Assembly (NCBI GenBank): GCA_020137815.1
Contig: CM035354.1
Location: 2,356,001-2,420,000, forward strand
Reading direction: 5' to 3'
Length of the DNA stretch: 64,000 bases
Source of the DNA: Hormiphora californensis
Taxonomy: Eukaryota; Animalia; Ctenophora
Shown here: positions 1-12,200 of the stretch, in pieces
Position numbering within the stretch: position 1 is the stretch's first letter
Layout: each line of letters starts with the position of its first letter
Translations under genes and position numbers: made by a program
Notes under the pieces: model-generated
Told to the model about the DNA's origin: nothing
Databases searched by the model: none
What the model saw: only the letters and a program-made list of their open reading frames with translations

Positions 1-220
1 CTCACCCCACCCTCCCTCATCCCTCCCCTCCCTCCCTCATCCCTCCCTCACCCCTCCCTCCCTCGACCCTCCCTCGACCCTCACCTCTCCCTCACCCCTC
101 CCTCATCCCTCACCCCTCCATCACCCCTCCCTCCCTCACCCTCGACCCTCAGTCCTCACCCTCGACCCTCACCCTCCCTCACCCCTCAGTCCTCCCTCCC
201 TCACCCCTCTCCCTCCCCCA
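1..220. repeat. CCCT/CCCTCA-rich low-complexity intronic tract
   Basis: Degenerate ccctc(a/g)ccct repeats ending in the acceptor cag at 219-221. Confidence 0.8.
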
Positions 221-221
221 G

Positions 222-3200
222 GTGATATTGGCAAACAGGGCGTGTGAAGAGGGAGACTATGAAGAGGCCATCAGACTTTACAATCAATGTTTAGAACAAC
301 ACACCTCCAGTAGCAATGCAGCCATGGTACTGTGCAACAGGAGCGCAGTTCATTTGTTATGTGGTGATACACAGCGAGCTTTGAATGATGCTGAGTCCTC
401 TATACGACTCCAACCCTGCTGGAGCAAGGTATGTGACATGTGTGTACTGTGTGGAGCAAGCTGTGATCTTATAGTCTTTTTCTTAAATCCAGAATGTTCT
501 CGATTTTGAATATAATGTTTTCAAGGTCGGCTGAATATTAGTAATATGTTATGATTGGATTATTTTGGATTATTTGGGATTCATTGTTTATCTTCCTGCA
601 TTTTTTCCAACTCGAGTGATAGTTGATACTGTGAAAAGCTTGTTCTGTCATTACACATCGTTACTATAGCAACACACCTTCTCTGTCCCTCTCTTCTCCC
701 TCTCTGTCTCTGAGTCACCCTAGTTTCCTACCTAATCTCTCTTTCTCCCTCTCTGTCTCTGAGTCACCCTAGTTTCCTACCTACAAACCTCTTTCTCTCT
801 CTCAGGGGTATTTACGGAAGGGTCTAGCGTTGCAGCACCAGCATTCAACTATACCAAGTATCAAAACACTAGCTAAGGGGTTGTCAATAGACCCCTTCAA
901 TGACCAGCTACTCTCTACTCTCGTCCAATCAATTACCATGACTCCACTACGAGGTGAGATGATTTATTTATTAATTGCCAATAAACCTAATTGGTAATGA
1001 AATTAACCCTCCGCACAAGCAATAACCAACAATAATCCCGGGTACCTGTCCATTCTCATCATTGTATCGTTGCGAGGTAAACCTCCCCATGATACTTGTT
1101 GAGGCACGATTCAGCAGATTCTGGCTGTATTTGTCTCATTGTTTGTGTAACACCCAACACCAGACATCTTTCAAACCAGTTTCAATTAGTTGTACAAACA
1201 AGCGTTCCTTTATCTTAACTTCCTTCCTTTCTTTGTCTCTGTATCTGTCTCTCTGTCTCTGTATTTCTGTCTCTGTATTTCTGTCTCTGTATTTCTGTCT
1301 TTCTGTCTCTGTCTCTGTCTCTGCCTCTGTCTCTCTCTCTCTCTCTCTGCTTTGGTTCTGGTAAACTTCTTCGTCCCCTTTTGTATGCCCCTGCCCCCTT
1401 GTTTACTTCCTTACTTGTCTATACCCCAGCTCCACCACCTCTCACTACATACACGGCAGTGCTCGAGAGAGATAGGTAATAGAGAGAATATAGTGAGGGT
1501 AATAGAGATGGATGTTATACTATGATACAGCTGCGTGGATGGTTTTTGATGGTTTTTGATACGAGAACGACAAGAAAGATGGTGTGCGGAACCGAAGCTC
1601 CTGAACTCAATTTTAGTCAACCATAAAATCAAAATCACTAGACTAAACATGTTAAACATGTATACAGCTGATGCTATTGACGTGAGCACTCAGCTGTAGT
1701 ATAACATGGAGAGAAGATAAAGAAAGTGTAGTGCCTATCTGGAACTGCACATAATCTGTCCAACCAGGGTTAACTTTACAAAATACCCGTTAAATGTGTG
1801 CCGACTAAAATCTCTTCTCGGACGCGGCATTTCTTACAGCAGAAAGAGGAGCGGTAGAAGATGATTTGCCAAAATGCCGTGATACTTGACAAATATTGTG
1901 TGAGTGTGTTTGATAATCGCGGGAGAGTTATCAAGTACTATTAATTAATATGCACACTCATTACCATTCCCTACTTGAAGGGAGGGTCTTCACGTGGGAC
2001 TAGCATGATATTCAAAATAACTAAACTCGACACTACTTCTGTTAGTTTATTGATTTATTACAGTTATATCGTTGTTTGTTTTTTTAACCAATATACCCCA
2101 TACTCATGCTGTCGAGCGGGAAGGAGAAAACTAAACCCAATACTCCATTTCAGACCAGTTTGCGGGGACGCAGCGACAACTCCGAAAGTTAGGTATAGAC
2201 GGTGATCCCTTTGTGATGCTGTGTGCTGTTGGTCAGGAGCTGCTGTCAGCATGTCATTACAACACAGCCTTGGAGGTCCTTCTCTGTGCTGAACAGGTGG
2301 GAATTATTGGTTATTAGAGGGGGGGGGTTATCATCTGTTAACCCAACGAGAATTGGTCTCGTTATTAGGGGGGTTATCATCTGTTAACCCAACGAGAATT
2401 GGTCTCGTTATTAGAGGGGTTATCATCTGTTAACCCAACGAGAATTGGTCTCGTTATTAGGGGGGTTATCATCTGCTAACCCAACGAGAATTATAATACA
2501 CCGGCCGATAACTTTATAGTTTATAAATAACATGAACATGGCGCTGCGTTGTTCTCTTACTCTGTGTTGTTCTCTTACTCTGGGTGACTGCTAGGGCTGG
2601 TTGATTTGGTGTTAGGATAGGTGGGATAAACGGGCGGGGATTCGGTTTGTTATGTTCTAACCCTCTTTTACATTTGTGTGGGGTGAGACAGGGTCGAACA
2701 AGGCAAGATTTGAAGTGTGATAATGTGTTTTCTATCCATATGATCATCTCTATACACTCGAGGACATTATATTTCATTACATTTTTCATCTCCTCATAGA
2801 GGGGGTAACATGAGACCCACACAAGCTCCCCCCACCTCTGGTGGCAGGGACTCAGCATATGATGGGAGGTTGCTACTTGACGTAACGCGCGATGACATGA
2901 CAATATTATGAAACGCGCAATGGGCTCCAGAGTTGACCACCCTCGCGTGCAATTTACCACATCTAATAATCTGTTGAATTCTTGCCATGACCTCATATTT
3001 TTGGGGGGCAAGCTAATTCCTTCACTAAATGTTAGCCAGGGATCTCCTAAGCCACCAAAAAAAAGTTCTAAGCTCTACCCGTTGGGGGGAGGTCATTTCC
3101 GGGCCACGCCCTTTTAAGCCAAAAGCGCAACTACCGTTAGGAAAGGAGTAGAGACAAAATCGAGGGCACCATAGTGTTCAGCGTCCTCGGATTAGTGGGG

Positions 3201-6200
3201 GTAGGTGCTGGAATTAAGTCTCTATCTCATCTGGTTAATTAGATAATTGGATAATTAGGTATGCACATAGCCGTTTGCTGGCAATATGGCTATAGCCATG
3301 TTAGGAAAGGAGTAGAGACAAAATCAAGGGCATTAAAATGTGTAGCGTCTTCGCATTAGTGGGGGTAGGTGCCGGAATTAAGTCTCTATCTCATCTGGTT
3401 AATTAGATAATTGGATAATTAGGTCAGTACATAACCGTTTTTTGGCTATATGGCTATAGCCACTTAGGAATGGTTTAGAGACTTTTCACTGGTGCCATTT
3501 TGTTCAGAAATAAATTTCAATCTAAGAGTTGTTGAAAAATTTAGGGCCTATCTCTTACCATTTTGGAGTTATTTGCGGTCAAAGTAGGCCAAATCAGCCG
3601 GAAATGCCAAAAAATGAAGAATACAATTGGCATTTTCGGCTGATTTGGCCTACTTTGACCGCAAATAACGCCAAAACGGTAAGAGATTGAGCCTAAATTT
3701 TTCAACAACTCTTAGATTGATATTTATTTCTGAACAAAATGACACCAGTGAAAAGTCTCTAAACCATTCCTAAGTGGCTATAGCCATATAGCCAAAAAAC
3801 GGTTATGTACTGACCTAATTATCCAATTATCTAATTAACCAGATGAGATAGAGACTTAATTCCGGCACCTACCCCCACTAATGCGAGGACGCTACACATT
3901 TTAATGCCCTTGATTTTGTCTCTACTCCTTTCCTAACATGGCTATAGCCATATTGCCAGCAAACGGCTATGCGCATACCTAATTATCCAATTATCTAATT
4001 AACCAGATGAGATAGAGACTTAATTCCAGCACCTACCCCCACTAATTCGAGGACGCTGAACACTTTGGTGCCCTTGATTTTGTCTCTACTCCTTTCCTAA
4101 CGGTAGTTACGCTTTTGGCTTAAAAGGGCGTGGCCCGGAAATGACCTCCCCCCAACGGGTAGAGCTTAGGACTTTTTTTTGGTGGCTTAGGGGATCCCTG
4201 GCTAACATTTAGTGAAGGAATTAGCTTGCCCCCCAAAAATATGAGGTCAAGCCGTATTTTTACAAGAATTCAACAGATTATAACGTGCAAGCATGATGGC
4301 CAGACTTCGCACGCTCAATTCACTCAACCAATGTTACACTCACTCTATCAATATAGAGAGAAACTTTAGTAGCCTATAAAATACAATTTCCCGCTATTTT
4401 CACTCGCCACACCCCGGTAACAATAATGGACTCACAGCACCAATTCGACCACTATTAGTATTAAACACAGGGCATGCTAAAAACTACCACTATGTATTTC
4501 AGATAGGGACAGATAACCTCCGTCTAAAGGGATCCCTCATGTCAGCTCTTGCCTCAGCTCATTGGAAACTCAGGAACTCTCAAGATGCATTGGCCTGTAT
4601 GGAGGAAGACCTGTCCATTTGTCGGGCCCTGGGAGATAGGCAGGGAGAGTGTAGAGCACTGGCAAACCTGGGGAGTGCTTGTTTTAGCCTCCGGTTAGTA
4701 ACCACTTTACCTAATTACCCACTTTCTATAGTCAGTAACCCACTTAGTAACCCGTATGTTGGGACAGGAACCGACCGAATCAGGAAATACTGGTCCCTGA
4801 TTGGCTGATAACCAGTCACGTGACCTAAATAACGAGTTCTGATTGGTGGTTTACTTGTTTCGGTCGGGTCCTGTGTTGGGAACATTGCCCCACAACATTG
4901 TCTCAGCAGCTGATTGCTAATACTAATGATGTGTATTCTATCTAGTCGCTACGAGGACGCTCTGGATCACCACAAAGCCCAACTGATACTGGCTACAGAC
5001 GTGAAGAGTAGGAAACAGGCACGGCTAGCTCTGGGCTCCATTGGGCACTGTTACACCGCTCTGGGAGATCTAGAACAGGCCCTAACTTGCCACCAGCAAT
5101 GTGTGGACTTGGCTTCAGAAGCCGGGGACAAGGTCTCTGTTGCTCAGGAGTACGGTGAGTAGTACGTTACACTGTAATTAGGGCCTGTCACGACTAGCAA
5201 ACACGGTATCCGTGACAGACCCTGGTAATTACAACTAAAGTAGTTGGTTGGTGTTTGTTTTTCGGTTTGGAATGGTATTACATAACTAGTTGTAAAGTGT
5301 ACAATATCTCTACGAGTCAACAGTGGTCACTAAATACAGTATACACGGGGCCCGGGTGACTAACTACACTAACTACACCACTTTTTATACTAGGTAATAT
5401 TGGAGGTGTTCACCTGGCTATGGGGGATACTGCCCGGGCCCTGTCCCTCTACGAAGAACAGCTGACTCTAGCTCAGGAGCTGGATAACCCAGGGTTAAAG
5501 TGTGGAGCCCTACTGAGTCTCGCAACAACCCAACAGGCACTAGGCAGTCACACTGACGCTCTTCACAGCTATCAGGTGGGTGTGTGACACATGTTGCTTT
5601 ATTTTGTGATACACCATATAATGGTGAAAGAAATCCCTTTTTCTTTGATACTGATGACTAATTTAGTTTCTAATTTTATCTTGAGATTGCCTCCTATCTA
5701 TCCTTTGCCTTGTTCGACGCCTTTTCGCGTAAAGGGAGGGTTAGAACATAACAACTATCCACCACAAGGAGCTGTTGAAGTTGGGTGTAAAGGGTGGGGA
5801 TAAGAGAATGGAAATGAAGGCATATTCAGGGTTGGCTACCGTCCACAGAGCCCTGGATAGAACGAGTGAGGCGCTATCATATCAGCAGCAACATTTAGAG
5901 TTCGCTCTGAGACTAAGGGATAACAGTGCCATCAGCAAGGCCTACTGCTCAATAGGTAATTAATTAATTAATTAGCAAGGCCTACTGCTCAATAGGTAAT
6001 TAATTAATTAATTAGCAAGGCCTACTGCTCAATAGGTAATTAATTAATTAATTAGCAAGGCCTACTGCTCAATAGGTAATTAATTAATTAATTAGCAAGG
6101 CCTACTGCTCAATAGGTAATTAATTAATTAGTATCATCCTTTCTATAACACAGTGTGATATGGCACCAAATACCGGGAGTGCTCAATCGGCAGAGCGATA

Positions 6201-9200
6201 TAACAAAATGAAACTCCTCGTTTCATTTTGTCATTTCTATAACACCAATAATTGCTAATAAATTAGGTCCACTATTTCTAATCATTCACCTCACTAACTA
6301 TAATACAAGACAGGAACCGACCGAATCAGGAAATACTGGTCCCTGATTGGCTGATAACCAGTCACGTGACCTAAATAACGAGTTCTGATTGGTTGTTTAC
6401 TTGTTTCGGTCGGTTCTTCATACAGGGTGTCTAGATCTCAACAACAATTCCCTACAGGCAGTTTGAGTCAGGAGTTGGGTTTGTTAGAAGAAGCCCTGTC
6501 CGCACACAAGAAACACCTGGTAAAGGCCCTGGAGATGCGAGATAGGGCTGCGGAGGGACGGGTCTATGGGAATCTTGGAAATATTCATTGTGCTATGGGG
6601 CATTTCAATAAAGCCATCAAACTTCATCACCAGGTTTATACCAGCTGGGGGGGGTTGGCCACATTGATACCTGAGTGAGATCGAGCGAGAATAGGTTGCA
6701 ATGTTACCAAGGTGGGGGGTAGCTGTCTTATAATAGAGATACCATCTCTCTGTTATACCTGTTCATCTATCATTCCAAAGGACTATGCAGGGCTCTAGCT
6801 ACTGTGAACCTGCAACTTGTAAATTGTCTGGAGACAGAAGAAGCTCAGTATTACAATAAGTTTCCCACAGGCACTTAGTATAGCAGTGGAAGAGGGAGAC
6901 ACTGTTAGTCAAGCCCTCACTAACCCACCCTCTCTCCCCACACAGGCACTAAGTATAGCTGTGGAAGAGGGAGACACTGTTAGTCAAGCCCTCACTAACC
7001 CACCCTCTCTCCCCACACAGGCACTAAGTATAGCAGTGGAAGAGGGAGACACTGTTAGTCAAGCCCTCACTAACCCACCCTCTCTCCCCACACAGGCACT
7101 AAGTATAGCAGTGGAAGAGGGAGACACTGTTAGTCAAGCCCTCACTAACCCACCCTCTCTCTCCCCACACAGGCACTAAGTATAGCAGTGGAAGAGGGAG
7201 ACACTGTTAGTCAAGCCCTCACTAACCCACCCTCTCTCCCCACACAGGCACTAAGTATAGCAGTGGAAGAGGGAGACACTGTTAGTCAAGCCCTTACTAA
7301 CCCACCCTCTCTCCCCACACAGGCACTAAGTATAGCAGTGGAAGAGGGAGACACTGTTAGTCAAGCCCTCACTAACGGCAACCTTGGTATTGCATTCCAA
7401 TCCCTGGGTGATACAGTCAGTGCTCTACAACACCTTGACACACATCTTGCCATTGCTCGGGAATGCGGTAACACTGATGCCCAGACCAAAGGGCTGGGAA
7501 ACTTGGGCAGTTTCTATCTCGCTAAGGAGGATTTCTCAACTGCATTGGAGCTCTTCGGAGAACAACTTGACTTGGCAAAAGAGAATGGTGAGAACATATA
7601 TCCTCAACTTGTTAGTTATTATGTACCGTAATCTGGGGTAACTTTGTTTTGCAGGGTAACTTTGGACACTTTCAAAATTTGGCTTTAGTCCAAAATTACC
7701 AACAGATAACGACAGATTTGGCATAATTTTTGGGTGTACAAGTAATTGACCCACAAATGTCTAACTAACGGTACAATTATTTTTTTAAATTCTATTCTAA
7801 TTAGCTCCTAATTAGGGGCAAACATAATTGATGTCAAAATCGCGAAAAATGTTCAAATCAAAATGGGTACCATAGATTTGACCGGGCTAATGACCGAATC
7901 AAGTTTGCTCCATAGAGTGGAAGGGTTTCGATCAAATAATTCGGGGCACCATTTTTCAAACCCGGTCAATTACTTTAATTGAGACTAATAGGGGTGGCTA
8001 ATGTTACCCCACCATATTTTGAATTTTGGGGTAACTTTGGACGGGGTGCCAAAGTTACCCCACACTACAGGTTTTGAACTTTTGATTTCTTTAGAGTTGC
8101 CTTAGACCCTCTCTGAATTGTTTAGGGCCATATAACCAAGATTCAGCCCACTCCATGCCCATATCCATCCATCTATTCGATAGCTTAGTGAAAAAACTAG
8201 GATTTGGACTGTTTTATGGAGCTAAATCACAGAAATCCGGCCTGAAACCCATCAAACTTCGATAATTTGGGGTTCCTCATCCATCCTGTAGCTTGTTAGA
8301 TGGTATTGGATCTCTAGGAGAGTGTCTAGTTCTTGTAGACAATCTATGCAGGAGCACAGGTACAACCAAAACTCCTTTATTTAGCCAGTACCCACAAGTA
8401 GACCACTTCCTGTCTATCCAATTCAGCAAAAAGAACTAACACACTCGCCTAGAGGGCCAATATCATCTAGTCTACCAAACTACAGGATGGATGAGGGACC
8501 CCAAATTACTGAAGTTTGATGGGTTTCAGGCCGGATGTGGCAACCTCTAAATCAAGTCCGATTGAGCTGAAATTTAATTTTGGTGGCTAGTTTCATCATT
8601 CCTCACACCCAAAAAAAGTTTAGTCGACATCAACAATTTTTTTTAAATCATGGGGCGTTTGGCTAACCATATTGTTCTTTTTTAATTTATTGACCCATTT
8701 AAACCCCATTTAAACATTTTAGGTTCATTTATTTATCATTGCAAAATGTTTGGATTTATATTTGTTCCAATATTACTATCGTGGGGTAACTTTGGACGGG
8801 TGTCCAAAGTTACCCCACCCTCATTCCAAAGTTACCCCATGCCCTAAAACCCCACTTACACTAAAATACACGTTAATTAATGTAATTAAATGAGAGGGGA
8901 CCAAAAATTTCACTAGTTATATCTGGTGTACTAGGTCTGGAACGGGATTATTTGGTTCAAAAATTTTCAAGTGTGGTTCTGGCAAGGAGTTATTTTAGGA
9001 GAATGCTAAAAAGTGGTACAAAGTTACCCCAACTTACGGTACTATACTATTAGGTTGGTTACGAAATAACCCCTTTCGCGCGCTGGCAAGGGAGGGGTAA
9101 CTTCGTAACCAAACTATTAGGGTACCCTGATATATTCACATTTCCTTCTCTAAAATTCTCGCTCCACTACACTCAGGTGATGTACAGAGTCAATGTAAAG

Positions 9201-12200
9201 CGCTTCATAGTATAGCAGAGGTGCATCGTGTTCAGGGCTGTCCTTCCCTTGCCATACCCTACCTAGAACAGGCCGTGGCTCTATCAGGCACCAAGGAGAG
9301 ACTCCTAGCCAAGAATCTTTCTTCTCTCGCTACTGTCTATCTAGCCACAGGTATCAGAATGACGATAATTCATAATAATGGTGACACAACTTGAACCTGC
9401 ATTTCCTTTAATACTAAATATTGTTGCTAGGTCAGTTTACAGAAGCGAAGAGGCGTCTAGAGACCACCCCACTGGGCCCTGAGGACCGGTTTACAGTGCT
9501 GGGTGACCTGGCCCTGGCGTGCCTTTTTACTGGTCATCTCTCAGCTGCCAGACACCATTTTACATCTCTTGTTACACGCAGTACCCATAACGCAGGTGGG
9601 ACATGTTGATTAAATACCATACCCTACCATACCCGGGCTAAATCATATTATCATATGGGTGATGATATCTAGATGATAATATCTAGTTAGCGATTCAGGT
9701 GTCTTTCTAATACTCCAGATATTCCCTCCTCCCTAACACCCTCCCAGTTCCCTAACACCCTCCCAGTTCCCTAACACCCTCCCAGTTCCCTAACACCCTC
9801 CCAGTTCCCTAACACCCTCCCAGTTCCCTAACACCCTCCCAGTTCCCTAACACCCTCCCAGTTCCCTAACACCCTCCCAGTTCCCTAATACCCTCCCAGT
9901 TCCCTAATACCCTCCCAGTTCCCTAACACCCTCCCAGTTCCCTAACACCCTCCCAGTTCCCTAACACCCTCCCAGTTCCCTAATACCCTCCCAGTTCCCT
10001 ACCACCCTCCCAGTTCCCTAACACCCTCCCAGTTCCCTAATACCCTCCCAGTTCCCTAACACCCTCCCAGTTCCCTAACACCCTCCCAGTTCCCTAATAC
10101 CCTCCCAGTTCCCTAACACCCTCCCAGTTCCCTAACACCCTCCCAGTTCCCTTACACCCTCCCAGTTCCCTAACACCCTCCCCGTTCCCTAACACCCTCC
10201 CAGTTCCCTAATACCCTCCCAGTTCCCTAACACCCTCCCAGTTCCCTAATACCCTCCCAGTTCCCTAACACCCTCCCAGTTCCCTAACACCCTCCCAGTT
10301 CCCTAATACCCTCCCAGTTCCCTAACACCCTCCCATTTCCCTAACACCCTCCCAGTTCCCTAATACCCTCCCAGTTCCCTAATACCCTCCCAGTTCCCTA
10401 ACACCCTCCCAGTTCCCTAACACCCTCCCAGTTCCCTAATACCCTCCCAGTTCCCTAACACCCTCCCAGTTCCCTAATACCCTCCCAGTTCCCTAACACC
10501 CCCCCAGTTCCCTAACACCCTCCCAGTTCCCTAATACCCTCCCAGTTCCCTAACACCCTCCCAGTTCCCTAATACCCTCCCAGTTCCCTAACACCCTCCC
10601 AGTTCCCTAACACCCTCCCAGTTCCCTAACACCCTCCCAGTTCCCTAATACCCTCCCTTTCAGTTGACGGCCACGCCGGGCTGGGCAGGTTGGCTCTACG
10701 TGCAGGGGCGTATTCAGAAGCCAAGGAACATTTCGAATCTGCACTAACCCTATCCCGTGAAGGGGGCCTGATCCGGAAAGAGTTCTCTCTCCTTCTTCTT
10801 CTATCCCGTGCCCTCTCCTCACTACACCTCTACGAGGATGCATTCTCTGCCCTGACATCTGCCAGTGACCTTCTCCCAGCTGACCAGAAACCCCTCCTTG
10901 CCCAGCTTTGTGGTGCGTTCGGGGAGTTGAGCTTGGTGAAGGGTGACTACGGTGACTCACTCCGACACCACCAGAGACAGGTTGCGTTGTTGCGGGGAGA
11001 GGAGCGGGTTAGGGCTGAGTTCTCTGTAGCTAGATGTCTCTGGTTGGAGGGCAGGACACGTGATTCAATGAACCTGCTGGGAAGTCTAGCTCCTGCTACC
11101 CAGCAATTGAAGTGTGAGGTACTAGCTCTGAGGTGTACCATTCTACAGAGGTGTGGACTGAAGGATAGGGCGGTAGAGGTGGCAGAACAACATCTCTCCC
11201 TGTCTCTGGGGAACAAAATGTTAGAACTAGGGGCACTAGCTAGTGTGAGTGAGCTATATCAGAGGCTTGCTATGGGCGAACAGGCTCTAGTACACTATGA
11301 CCAATACTTGATGGCAGCAAGAGAGATGGAGCACCTTCCCGCGACGTGTGCCGGACTACTGGGGGTGGCTCGCTCCTATTGTCACCTAAGCGATCAGGAC
11401 ACCGCCCTACAACACTGCAACGAACTAGATTCTCTGGTTAATGGGGATCAGGAGGAGGGTGGTACTGAATCTTTCAGTTTACCCAGAACTAATGGCGAGA
11501 CCCTTCTTGTTAGGAGTAGGGCCCTCTTGGCTCTGGGCCAGTTAGAGCAGGCAGAGCAGTGTTCCAGGGAGTGTGTTGAGGAGTGTGCATATGAGCCGGT
11601 CACCCTGGCCTTGGCCCACTCAGTCCTGGCTCAGTGCCTTTGGGAGAGGGGTGTTTGTGGGGTAGAGAGGATGGCGGAGGTGTGTTCCCGGGTCGAGGGG
11701 CTAGTGCTACAGAGGAGTCTGGACGTGTGTCTTGAAGATCTGGCGGGGGTTCAGGAGAGGAGTTATGAGGCCCTGTTTGATCTTCAGGATTCACCCATCA
11801 ACAAACTATGGGTAAGTTTAGTTGTTAAATCTTCTCATACATTCTTCTTCCCCAGCTCCTCCCCTCCCCCCCCCTTGTATAGTAGTAGAACGTTTGGTGC
11901 CAATGCCACCTATTCTCGCGAATTTGTGGGATCAATCTCAGTCGATCTGTCCATGTCACCAAGTAGAACGTGAAGGTATAATATGGACTCATGTCTCCTC
12001 CAGGTACTGGAGAGACAGCTAAGATGGTGTCGTGCTGGTAAACACAACCAACAATCCATCTCCCCTATACCATCTCTAAACAATGCCCTGCTTCGCAACC
12101 TCACCTCCGGTATTGGTAATGATGGGGTGTGCGTTGTTGTTAGGAGAGAGGAGGGAGATGAGGGAGGGGAAGTGATGCTGCACGTGTGGATAGTGGATTC

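Noticed and set aside
5934-10657. Regular repeats as possible CRISPR arrays
   Set aside because: No unique spacers, no cas genes, eukaryotic intron context.
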